Assembly: GCF_020745735.1 (NCBI RefSeq)
Contig: NC_083445.1
Span: 26,224,324-26,288,323 of the forward strand
DNA: 64,000 bases
Reading direction: 5' to 3'
Origin: Hemiscyllium ocellatum
Lineage: Eukaryota
In this document: piece by piece, positions 52,065 through 64,000 of the stretch
Layout: each line of letters begins with the position of its first letter
Numbering within the stretch: position 1 is the first letter of the stretch
The notes under the pieces: model-generated
The model's input: only the letters and a program-made list of their open reading frames with translations
Databases searched by the model: none
Told to the model about the DNA's origin: nothing
Translations under genes and position numbers: made by a program

Positions 52065-53630
52065 TGATAATCTACATATCAGAGTACTTAAGGAAGTGGC
52101 TCTGGAAATATTGGATGCATTATTCGTCATCTTCCAAGATTCTACAGACTCCAGTGAGGTTCCTGCAGATTGGAGGGTAGCTAATGCCACTCCAGTATTC
52201 AGAAACAGAAGTAGAGATAAACCAATGAATTATAGACCAGTGAGCTGAACATTTGTAATTGGTAAAATTCTCCAGTTCATTATCAAGGACGTTCAGTGAA
52301 TGATTCAGAAAGCAGTGGCAGGATCACACAGTCAGCATGGATTTAGAAAGGGGAAATCATGCTAGAGAAATCTGTTGGAATTCTCCGAAGATATAACTGG
52401 TGGAGTTGACAAGGGAGAGCCAGTCTATGTCGTATATTTAGACTGTCAGAAAGTGTTTGACAAAGTTCCACAGAAGAGATTATTGTGCAAAATCAAAGTG
52501 TCTGGGATTGGGGGGTGGGGGTGTATTGAGCTAAACAGAAACTGCTTGCCAGAGAGCAAGCAAAGAGTTGAAATTCATGGGTAATTTTCCAATTGGCAGA
52601 CAGTAACTGGTTGTGTGCCACATAAATCAGTGCTAAGACTGCAACTATTCACAATTTACATTAATCATTTGAATGAAATAACAAAATGTAACATCTCGAA
52701 GTTTGCAGATGGTACCAAGTTGAGTGGGTGGGTAAACAGTGACGGTGATGCAGCGACACTTCAGCATGATCTGGACAGGTTGGGTGAGTGGGCAAATCAA
52801 TGGCAGATGCACTATCATTTGGATAAATGTCAGGTTATTCACTTTGGAAACAAAACCAAGAAGGCAGATTACTCCCTGAATGGGTGTAAATTGGGAGGAG
52901 GTGGAGTGTGCAGTGAACCCTGGGTATCCGTGTTCACCAGTCACTGAAGGTAACCATTCAGGTGCAGCAGGAGGCAAAGAAGGTAAATGGTATGTTGGCC
53001 TTCACTCTGAGAGGTTTCAAGTATAGGAGCAATGATATGTTGTTACAGTTATACAGGGCCTTGGTGAAGCCAGACCTAGAGTATTGTGTGCAGATTTGGT
53101 CTCCGTTTCTGACGTAGGATGCTCTTGCTCTCAAGGGAGTACAGCAAGGGTTGACCAGCTGCTTCCCAGGAAGAGGGGACTGACAATATGAGGAATGATT
53201 GACTATGTTAGGAGTGTTATTTCTGGAGTTCAGATGAAAGGGGCAGGAGGATCTCATAGACTAATATAAAATTCAACAGGACTAAACAAGGTAGAAGCAG
53301 GGAAGAAGCACTGGTGGGTGTATCCAGAAGCAAGGGTCACAACATGAGGATTCAGGGTGGACCATTTAGGATGGAGATGAGGAGACAATTCTTCACACAA
53401 ACAGTGGTGATCCAGTGAAATATATTATCACAGGAATAAGATGTTGCCAAAATATTTCATATATTCAAGAGGCAGCTGGATATAGCACTTGGGGTGAATG
53501 GGATCAAAGGTGACGGTGAGAAAGCAGGAAGAGGCTATTGAGTTGGATGATCAACCATGATGGTGATGATTGGTAGGGCAGTCTAGATGGGCCGAATGGC
53601 CCCTTACGGCTCCTATCTTCTATGTTTCTA
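52065..53630 (+). mobile_element. CR1-like LINE fragment
   Basis: NYRPVS, DCQKVFDKVP, FADGTK, 3' UTR with CTATGTTT tail. Confidence 0.8.
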
Positions 53631-54029
53631 TGTTTCTAGAACACTGTAATTACTGCTTGCTAGAATTACCCATTTTGTAATGAAACATGTTAATGCACAC
53701 TTTTCCTTAAGTCTTGGGATTTTTTGGAAATAAAAAACTAAAGCATCAAATATTTCATGAGTCATGGCTGGTAATACCCTATCATAATGTTCACCATGAC
53801 CTGGGGTTAAGAATAATCTTCTAACAATTTTCTCAGGAATACTTCACTGACGCTTGCACTTTTATTGATATCTTAACGTCATTTTGTTTTCCTGATGTTT
53901 CTGCTACTTCTCATTTGTACCCACTATTCAGAGACCCCTTTGTAAAGTACCTGCTCAATTCTTTGTCCAATCCCTTCTGGTTATTGGTTTCACTGACTCA
54001 ATTTCTACAGGAGCAATGTCTTTATAGAG

Positions 54030-54275
54030 TCACTGTCATAGAGTCATACATCACGGAAACAGACCCTTTGGTCCAACCAGGCTGTGCTGAACATAATCTC
54101 AAAATCAACTAGTCTCACCTGACTGCTCCTGGCCCATATCCCAGCAAACCTTGTCTATCCATCCAAATGTCTTTTAAATGTTGCAATCGTACCTGCATCT
54201 ACCACTTCCTCAGGAAGTTTATTCCACACTCGAACCACCCTCTGCGTCAAAAAAATGCCTCTTACTTCTTCTTTC
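54030..54275 (-). mobile_element. CR1-like 3' end
   Basis: GTCATAGAGTCATA tail and 3' UTR in reverse orientation. Confidence 0.65.
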
Positions 54276-55482
54276 AGTTTCTGTCTGTTTTTCTATAGAA
54301 AATAAATATTATCTGTAACTATCTTTTTTTAAGTGCAAGTTAACTTTAACATTTACTTGATACTCTCTTGCTTGATAAAGTTTTATTATTCACAGCTTCT
54401 ATATTCCGTCCAATCTTCTGACCTACTGTCGACCTGTGTGCAATTGTACAGGTTAACATTGGTATTATCATTTCCTTCCCATTGGAGCTTGCTTTCTCAC
54501 TTTACAGAAATTATTTATGAGATGTGTTCTGAACTATGCCCCTTAAATGTCTCTTACTGCACTGTCACTAATGATTATTTTAAATTACTTGTCAGTTCGT
54601 TTTAATGAGTTCTGTTTTCATTCCTTCGTAATTGTCCTTGTTAAATTTGTGATATCTTAGTGTGTTTTCCCTTTCCTGATCTATCAGCTACTTTTGTGAT
54701 GCTTTGATGTCCACTCTTTGTGATCGCAGAAGAAATGTAAAATGCACAGTAAGATTGCTGCTACCTCAATCTGGTGTGACATAACACCTGATCTTGTTAA
54801 TAACTTAACCTCTCCTTTTTCTCTCAGAGCTTCATTGAATGTACTCATCTTCCCTGGAGTTGTTCAGGGAGAGGTGGGCGCCGCAGGGAGTGGAGTGCAT
54901 CATTTCCCCCTACAACTCTATTTTGATTTAGTCCCTGCCCTCCCCTTCGCTGTTTTGATCACACAGCATTGCTCTTTGCTGTGAAGGGCACTGCTTGTCA
55001 CAGGCCACTTTCTTCCTGGTGGTGGAAATTGAATAAAGATTTGTGCCACTTGTGTCTCTCACTGTGTGCACACACACACCATGGGCGCTGGGGAAAAATA
55101 AGCACTACCGCAGTTAGGCGGTAGTGTGGGGGTTAAAAGAGAAAAAAGAAGAAAAAAGAAAAAAATAAACAGAAGGGTGTGAAAAACAAATGAAAAAAAT
55201 TGAATGCACTCTTCTTAATCGTCAAGGATTGGGTTTGACTGCTCAATGTAAAAAAAAATTTAAAAATCTTCTTTGTGTCTAAAATGAATGGAAAGAACAG
55301 AACACCAAACTACCATCAGAGTAAAAATTTAAAGCCTGCAACGTTTATTCCCTGGTGCAACCTCTCACTCCCCTTTACCTGACGCAGCAACAAACTTCAC
55401 CAAAAATTCAATTTTTAGTCACAGAGTTGTGAGTTAAACGAGTTATTATCATTTAATCTCCCTTTGCTCAGTGATAGCCTTG

Positions 55483-55663
55483 NNNNNNNNNNNNNNNNNN
55501 NNNNNNNNNNNNNNNNNNNNNNNNNNNNNNNNNNNNNNNNNNNNNNNNNNNNNNNNNNNNNNNNNNNNNNNNNNNNNNNNNNNNNNNNNNNNNNNNNNNN
55601 NNNNNNNNNNNNNNNNNNNNNNNNNNNNNNNNNNNNNNNNNNNNNNNNNNNNNNNNNNNNNNN
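55483..55663. other. Assembly gap (181 N)
   Basis: N run. Confidence 1.
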
Positions 55664-56086
55664 AAATGTCCTGTATCTGTTTCTATTAAAATGGCAGTGG
55701 AATTGAACACAGTATTGAGACAAATGGCAATCTGCATGTTTGGTCTTGAGGCTGTCAGTATGCACACACCCTCACAGGCAGGGAGGCTATTTCATGTTGA
55801 TAATGTGAAAAGGACATCAGCTGTTTCATTCTCAGGTAAAGCATGACTTCCTGTTTTTCTTCTCCGTGGCAGCAGCAAACCACATCTTTTCAGTTTTGAG
55901 CAGAAAATAACTCTCATGGAGATAATCTGAGGAAACATCTGCCAAGGTGGCCTATATCTGGACACAGACTACGTGCACAGTCAGACTAATCACATTGAAG
56001 TGATATTTACAAATCACCCTTTTGAGTTGCGTTTCTAGACCCGTTTACAGGACAGAGCTGGGAACTCTCGACTAAGTACAAAGCTT

Positions 56087-56296
56087 GAAATGTGTTGCTG
56101 GAAAAGCGCAGCAGGTCAGGCAGCATCCAAGGAACAGGAGATTCGACGTTTCGGGCATAAGCCCTTCTTCAGGAAGAAGGGCTTATGCCCGAAATGTCGA
56201 TTCTCCTGCTCCTTGGATGCTGCCTGATCTGCTGCGCTTTTCCAGCAACACATTTTCAGCTCTGATCTCCAGCATCTGCAGTCCTCACTTTCTCCT
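56087..56296 (-). mobile_element. Foldback Penelope-derived mini-element, family 1 (young copy)
   Basis: Long inverted arms; 15-bp TSD CTAAGTACAAAGCTT (56072-56086, 56297-56311); highly similar to 5736-5938 in the opposite orientation. Confidence 0.85.
56141..56175 (-). ncRNA. Minimal hammerhead-ribozyme-like motif
   Basis: UUC-CUGAAGA-A-GGGC/UUAU/GCCC-GAAA-C-GUC-GAA, with a 3-bp stem I and an intact core. Confidence 0.6.
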
Positions 56297-58446
56297 CTAA
56301 GTACAAAGCTTATTCAGTCCCCTGAACCAGGGAACACATAGACTGCACCTTTTAAAGCTTTTGATCTTTATGATTTCTGTTTCACTCTCTTTTGATTTAT
56401 TGCTCCTTTGATCTGTTTTAGACTGTGTCTTCTGCGTCCACCATCTCCCCGTCCTGTTCAATCACATTCCTGGATTTTGATAAATTAAGCAAAGGCTGAA
56501 AAAACACTGACAGGTGGGCACATAGACAGATTTATATATAAATATGAAGAGAGGGAGAGAGCACTTTTTCTGTCTCTAACTCTGAACGTCATTGACTTCA
56601 AATACAGGGCCACACTGTTGTTCTTTTTAATCCTTTGTAAATCTTCTGTCTTTTGCAGACATTGTTCTAAATGCTGATTACTGTCATGAAAAGTCATGAC
56701 TAATTTAAAAAATCCTTGCTTTGAACAGAATGTCCCTGGATAGAACCTGACCAGAAAATGCATAAATATTAGGAAAATCTTTTACACAGACATTCCTTTT
56801 GGAGAGCTTTTGGTATTTAATCTTATTAATCAGAACTTGCACAAACAGGGAATTTGAGCATTGATTTCTCCAAATTGCCAGCTGTGGCTGTTATATGCCG
56901 ATAAAAACTGATAACTGTTCATAGGAATGAAAACCAACAGACTGTTTTCAGTTCCTCTGTTAGATGTACCACTGGTACCTGAGCTTTCAGATCCACTTAG
57001 AGTTGACTGTGTTGGCCTCCAGTTAGAAAAGCATGTCGATCATGGAGTTTCCACTGAGTTGACCTATATTCACTCTCTGAGACTAACTTTAACACTGAAG
57101 TCTGTGCTTGACCTAAACCCATCATTTTCATCTTGCCCTTTGTTTTCCTTATAAACATTGATCGTGTTTTTACAAGTCTTTTTGTAAGTGGGATATGTAC
57201 GTCACTGCCTCGGCCAGCATTTATTGTCCGTCCCTAGTTGCCTTTTGAGAAGGTAGGGGTGAGATGCCTTCTTCAAATCCTGCAGCCCACCTGCAGGTGT
57301 GGATTGACGCAAAATGCCATTGGGGAGGGAATTCCAGGATTTTGACCCAGCGACAGTGAAGCGACGTTGATATATTTCCAAGTCCGGAAGGTGAGAGTAA
57401 TTTAAAGGTGGTGTACCCATACTTCTGCTGTCTTTGTCTGGCTCCCTTATACTAGGTTCACTGCCTGAGTCGATGTAAGACTATTGGTAGTTCAGGATGT
57501 TCATGCACCGGATCTGTTCTTATTGATGATTATTGTCATTCCAGGTACGTCGATACACTTGGTCAGGAGATATGGGGTCCTTGCACACTTCAAAGAAGAA
57601 ATAATGCATTCTCAAGTAATGGAGTTGCTACCAAGAGTCCATCTGTCTTTTTTTTTGCGTCAAGTTTTCTGAGTGTAAACAGAAAATGATGCAAGACAAA
57701 TCAGAAAGTATGTCATTTCACCTTCCCATTATACAATCGAATCTGAGAGGTCTACATACCACCTCAGAAGTGATAATATCTCCAATTTCTTGATACTTGT
57801 CTGACCTGTTTCTAGATTTCAATGCACTTATATCAGGCAACATAGCACAGGTGCTGAAAATCCGAAATGGAAAAAAAAAGATAGAAGAAATAAAATATCA
57901 ACATAAATATTCTCTTCTTAAAGTGAATGGTTTCAGTGTTGATGAAAGGACAGCACTTGCTTCGTTCCAAGGTGTCATTTGATCTGCAGATATAGTACAA
58001 CATTTTCTCAGTTTATTTTCCAGGACCACACACATTGGTTGTGTTTTTAAACTAACTCAATCCCTTTCACATTGCTATCGCCTTTAACTCAGTTATTGAC
58101 TACTTGGAAAAGTATCTGCAATTTCATCGATGGGCCTTGAATTACGTTATGATACCAGGAAGAACCTTGATCTGAGTATATTAGATAACGTTGTCGTCAT
58201 CACACTTGTTTCCATGAGATGTTAAGTAACGCATTGAGGTCTATTTCTAGTATTCCCACATCAAACATTATGCTTGTTATACTCAGCTTTCCTGTTACGT
58301 GTGCTCACTATTATTGTGTAAGATTCTATGATTTTGGTAAGATCATACCTTTGATTAAAATGTGTTTACAAACTATTGTTGTGATCATTGGAAATGTTGT
58401 CCTTGTAAATTTAACAGCAACAAGTTTGGAGCAGTTATAAAAATTC

Positions 58447-60340
58447 TGTGACGATATTGTCAATTTAAAGTTTATTTTGTTCATGTATGTTTTTCAAGAG
58501 ACGGTGTAAAGACAAAGATGCAGAAGTGCCTCGTTGAACAATGGCAGGAGATTGGCCAGTTCTCCCAGTTCAAGTTTGTGTTTTCTCGCTTGGTTGAGCT
58601 GCAGGAGTCCACACGATGCTGGAAAGTTGAAAGGTTTAGCAGATGACCCCCGATGACCGCTCTCTCTCTCTCTTTGAAATCCATTTCGAGTTTGTTCCTT
58701 CCTCCCTGTAAGATTCTGTGTTTACATTTACCTTTTTGCCAAAGTGTGTGGTTATGGGATGGTACTGGATCGGAACAGTTCTTTAGTTAATTTGCTGCAT
58801 CGTGTCATGTTAAGTTTTCCGATAGTTAAGTTATTCTCAATTCTGTTTGCTTGTATTTGTTATTTCACCGTCATGTTTAAATGAATCTGTTTTGGTTAAA
58901 ACCGAGAGGTTTGACGAGATGCATCAGACCTGTAATATCCATGTCACATTTGCCTTAAAATAAGAAAAAAAGTTATGGTCTGGGCTACCTTCTAAAATGT
59001 TTTGAGGGGGTCTGGTCTGGTCCATAATAGACTGAGAGCTCTTGTGGGATTGATTCGATTGATCTAGTTTGGGTTTAGAGTTATTGGGCTCAAAGTTGAA
59101 GAGTGGTAGGTGTTAATACCTTTTGTTCCAGGTATTGAATTCGGTCGAGTTAAACGGTGCTTCGTTCAATAATGGCTCTTTCAGTCACAAAAAGTTTTCT
59201 TGGGGTGGAAGAAGTAAAATTGGGAGTTTTATCAAAGATGAGCAAAGTAAACCTTTTGGAATTGGCGAACAAACTGTAGTTGGGGTTGCTGTCATTTGTA
59301 GGAAAAGGAGAGATAATTACACCAATAGGTTGGGATTTAAATTTGCTGGAAATGCCATGAGAATCTCTGGAACTGGTTATAATTCAATTGCAGATGAAAT
59401 AGCTTGACCATGAAAGAGAACTGCGACAGGTTGAGTTATGGTGAAAAGTAGAGGAAAAAGATTTTGAAAAATGAGAGAGCAAACGGAGAAAAAGAGAGTA
59501 TTTGGACTTCAGAAATTGGTGCTTAGACAGGAAAGGATGGAGGTGAATGTCGACTTAGTGTGAAGGATAGTGAGGATGAACATACGAGGAACGGCTGAGG
59601 ATCCTGGGATTGTATTCATTGGAGTTTAGAAGATTAAGGGGAGATTTAATAGAAACGTGCAAGATAATACATGGCTTGGAAAGGGTGGACGCTAGGAAAT
59701 TGTTTCCGTTAGGCGAGGAGACTAGGACCCGTGAACACAGCCTTCAAATTAGAGGGGGTCAATTCAGAACAGAAATGCAGAGACATTTCTTCAGCCAGAG
59801 AGTGGTGGGCTTGTGGAATTCATTGCTGCAGAGTGCAGTGGAGGCAGGGCCACTAAATGTCTTCAAGGCAGAGATTGATAAATTCTTGATGTCACAAGGA
59901 ATTAAGGGTTACGGGGAGAATGCTGGTAAGTGGAGTTGAAATGCCCATCAGCCATGATTGAATGGCGGAGTGACTCGATGGGCCAAATGGCCTTACTTCC
60001 ACTCCTATGTCTTATGGTCTTAACAACCCATCATAGCCAAACGTGGGGATCAACTTAAATATATCAAAGCATTACCTGAATTGGATAAGAAAAGGCGTAG
60101 TGGCCTTTTTCACCTCAACAAGTGGCCAGTAACCAAGTAGGTTTTGTGGATTCAAACAAAAGCTGATAGTTAGAGCGAGTGAGGCACTTGCATCAGTATC
60201 AGAGGAGGTATCCGGGGAATATGAGGAGGTGAAGAGAGCCATCTGAAATGCAGACAATGTTTCAGTAATCAAAGCAGGGGCCCTGATCAAACATACATTG
60301 AGTTTGAAAGGATCAAACAAATAAATTTTGATACGTGGAT
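58447..60340 (+). mobile_element. Gmr1-like 5' LTR (58447-59029), degenerate PBS and gag fragment, interrupted by a CR1 3' end (59595-60020)
   Basis: TGTGAC...CATAATA. PBS-like TGAGAGCTCTTGTGGGATT at 59033-59051 (14/19 to the complement of the tRNA-Pro 3' end as I recall it). Gag remnants MALSVTKSFLG and QTKLIVRASEALASVSEE. Confidence 0.75.
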
Positions 60341-60344
60341 AAGG

Positions 60345-62990
60345 AAAAACTATTCAATGTAAATTGGGGGAAAATATGCAGAGAGATTGGGGAGACTTGC
60401 AAATGGCATAGGGTTGTCATAGTCAGGGATTTTAATTTTGCTCACGTAGAGATGGACTGCTAAAGATTTCAGGACTTCGATGGGGTGGGATTTGTTAAGT
60501 GTATTCTGGAAAGTTTCCTCAAGCAGAATATACAGTGTCCTACTCAGGAAGGTGCAAAACTTGACATACTCTTGGGAAATAGGGCTGGACAGGTGGTGAT
60601 GGAGGGGACAGTGGGGGAGTACTTTTGGACAAGTGACCACGTTTTATAAATATAAAAGTAGTCATGGAGAGGGGCAAAACTGGTTCACAGGTTCATGTCC
60701 TAAATTCGAGCAAGGTGAATGTTGACCGAATTAGACAGGAGTTTTCAGGGGTTGATTGGAATAGTTTGTTTGCAGACAAAGGGGCCTCTGGCAAGTGGGA
60801 AGCCTTTAAAATTGAGATAGCTAGAGTTGAAGATCTATGTGCTCCTGTGAGGGGGAATGGGCAAGATTGACATGAATAGTGTACTCTGGATGACAAGAGA
60901 TATTGGGACTTTGACCAGAAAAAAAGGAGTAATGGCTCAGATATAGGCAGCTGGGATCTAGGGAATCCCTAGAGGTGTAGAGGGGGATTATGGTGGTTTA
61001 TTGAAGAAGGAAATCTGGAGGGTGAAAAGGAGGCATGGGATAGCTTTGGCTGAGATGATTAGGGTGAATCCAAAGTGATATTTTAAGTATATTAGGGTAT
61101 CAAGAGAGAGAATAGTGGAGTGCCACAAGTATCGGTGCTGGGCCCTGTACATTTTGTCATTTACATAAATGATTTGGATGTGAGCATAAGAAGTACAATT
61201 AGTAAGTTTGCATATGAGACCAAAATTGGAGGTATAGTGCACAGCGAAGAGAGTTACCTCAGATTACAACAGGATCTGGATCAGATGGGCCACTGGCTGA
61301 GAAGTGGTAGATGGAGTTTAATTCAGATAAATGCGAGGTGCTGCATTTTGGGAAAACCAATCTTAGCAGGACTTATACATTCAAATATAAGGTCCTAGGG
61401 AGTGTTGCTGAACAAAGACACCTTGGAGTGCAGGTTCATAACTCCTTGAAAGTGGAGTCATAGCTAGATAGGATAGTGAAGAAGGCGTTTGGTATGCTTT
61501 CCTTTATTGGTCAGGATATTGAGTACAGGAGTTGAGAGGTCATGTTGCGACTGTACGTGACATTGGTTAGGCCACTGTTGGAATATTGCGTGCAATTCTG
61601 GTCTCCTTCTTTTTGGAAAGATATGAAACTTGAAAGGGTTCAGAAAAGATTTACAAGGATGTTGCCAGGGTTAGAGGATCTGAGCTGCAGAGAGAGGCTG
61701 AAAAGACTGGGGCTGTTTTCCCTGGAGCATTGGAGGCTGAGGGGTGACCTTATCGAGGTGTACAAAATTATGAGGGCATGGATAGGATAAATAGACAAAT
61801 CCTTTCCCTGGTGTCGGGGAGTCTAGAACTAGAGGGCATAGGTTTAGGATGAGAGGGGAAAGATATAAAAGAGTCCTAAGAGGCAACTTTTTCACGCAGA
61901 GGGTAGTACGCGTATGGCTTTGCACGTAGGAGTTCATGCCTCACAAATTTGTCCTGAGTTCCTTTTTTAAGTGACAAGAGCAGGACAGTAGACGTAGGCT
62001 GTGCAGATTTCAGTAAGGCCTTTATTAAGGTTCTATATGTTAGGATGTTCTGGAAGGGGGACCTGGCAAATTACGCAGAAAATTGGTTTAATGGTAGGAA
62101 TCAGAGGGTAATAATGGAAGGATGCTTGTTGGACTGGAGGACTGTGACTTGTGGAATGCCTCACGGTTCGGTGCTGGGCCCATTACTGTTTGTTATCTAT
62201 ATCCACGATTTGGTTGAGAATGTACAAGGCATGATTTCTAAGTCGGCAGATGACACAAAATAGGCAGTATCATGGACAGTGAGGATGGTTTTCAGAAATT
62301 GCAGCAGGATCTTGATCAGCTGGGGAAGTGGGCTGAGAAATGACAAATGGTGTCTAATGCTGATAATTTAGAGGTCTTGCATTTTGGAAAGTCGAATCAA
62401 GGCAAGGGTTTCATGGTGAATGGTAGGGCTTTGAAGATTATAGTGGAAAAGACAGACCTTGGAATTCACGAGCATAGTTCCCTGAAAGTGGACTCACAGG
62501 CAGATAAGTCAATAAAGAACACTTTTTGGACATTGGTTTTCATCAGTCAGGGCATTCATTATAAAAGTTGGGAAGTTATGGGATGCGTGTAGGAGACTGA
62601 GGTGGATTGGTTCTTATTGAAATATGCAAGAAGGTTAGATGTCTGGATAGATTGAATGCATTCAGTCTTTTTCCCATGGTTAGGGAATCGTGGACTAGAC
62701 GGTATCAGTTTAAGGTTAGAAGGAAAGAATTTAAGGGAGTCTGAGGGGTTACTATTTTACACAGAGTGTGGAGTGCATATGGAATGAGCTGCCAGTGGAA
62801 GTGGTTGAGGGGTTACATTAACAACATTTAAAGGGCATTTCGACAAGTACATGCATAGGAAAGAATTAGAAGGATATGGGCCACGTGCAGGGAAATGGGG
62901 TTAGCGTGGATGGACATTTTGATTGGCCTGAACCAGTTTGGGCCAAAAGGCGTGTCTCTGCGCTGTCCGGCTCCCTGACTTGATGACTCT
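60345..62990 (+). mobile_element. Tandem CR1-like LINE fragments
   Basis: Endonuclease-RT linker, PQVSVLGP...YINDL, LEYCVQFWSP and 3' UTRs. Confidence 0.8.
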
Positions 62991-64000
62991 TTGACATTAA
63001 GAATAGAACAAATAGATGATGCTCTGAGAGAAATTATTATTTTGGAGGAGTTCAACAATCACTTCTTGAGATCGTGAGAACTCATGTTGAAAAGCAAAGT
63101 GTTAAAACTGTAAGATTAACAGCTGAAATGGCTGGTAATTATGAATTGGTTCATAAATCAATGTTTGGCTTCCAACAGCAAGTTCAATCCATGGCAGATT
63201 GAAATTGGGGCAAAGAGAAATTCTAATATGGTAGGGGAAAAGTAGATCTCCATGAAGATAATAAAGGTGGTATATGTTATGACACAGTCGTGAAGCCCTC
63301 TGCTAATTAAACCAAACAGCCAGATGTTTCATGCGAAAACGTACCTTGGATAGAGGGTGCTTGGCTAGCAGTAACTCTGGCGATGACAGTTGGTGTCTAG
63401 CTCTCTCGCTGGCTAATCCTCAAACTGCTGGCTTCCGTTATACCCCAAACATTGGATGGTCTCATTGGTTCGAAGTTGTCAAAACAGTAAAATTAAAATT
63501 CGATTAGGCTTGAGGATCTGAGGCGTAATTTAAATTGGTTAAATTCAAACTGTTGTAACAAACGTAACAACCAAAAGTCAGGTATTTGTTTCACAGCCAA
63601 ATGTTGCATATTTTGACTTTTCCAGGACACTCTGAGCCTGTTTGTCAATCAGATGACAGGTATATGCAAGCTCTCAGTGCAAAGCAACTTTCACTCTCTT
63701 TCTTAAAGATATTGCACATGCATTTGTAACACCTACTCTGGGAAGAAAAATATGAACCATTATAATGAAAAGATGGTTTCATCTTTTTTCTAATTCTTCA
63801 CTGCATTGTAATGAAATGCATATGTGTAAAACATTGGTATCTGTTTTATCTTATCTATACTTTATCCGGTAAATCCGCAATAACGCATCTGTTATCACAT
63901 TTTTACGACCTGCAACATATACAATTCGTAACATAAAAAGTCTGTAACATAAGACTCCAATGAAGTAGCTTCATATCCTTTTCTTTAAATCATTCAAAGA

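Overview
Eukaryotic, repeat-rich genomic DNA, almost certainly from an elasmobranch (shark) scaffold with three N gaps. The one host gene I can support is a cartilaginous-fish IgM heavy-chain cluster on the + strand. Its exons are leader (16038-16083), an already fused in-frame V-D-J exon (16198-16557), and after a 17.2-kb intron CH1, CH2, CH3 and CH4 with the secretory tail (33779-36763). The VDJ looks germline-joined: its introns are retained and no RSS-flanked D or J segments remain. CH3 carries a 1-bp frameshift, CH2 has a Cys-containing C-terminal extension and a weak acceptor, and I found no transmembrane exon in the 27 kb downstream. The rest is mostly decayed transposons: CR1-like LINEs, HE1-like SINEs, Gmr1-like Gypsy elements (integrase before RT), and Penelope-like elements. 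Two families of about 200-bp foldback Penelope derivatives have 12-15 bp target-site duplications and are centred on hammerhead-ribozyme-like cores. Exon and motif coordinates were read base by base; TE boundaries are approximate and family names come from recalled motifs, not database searches.
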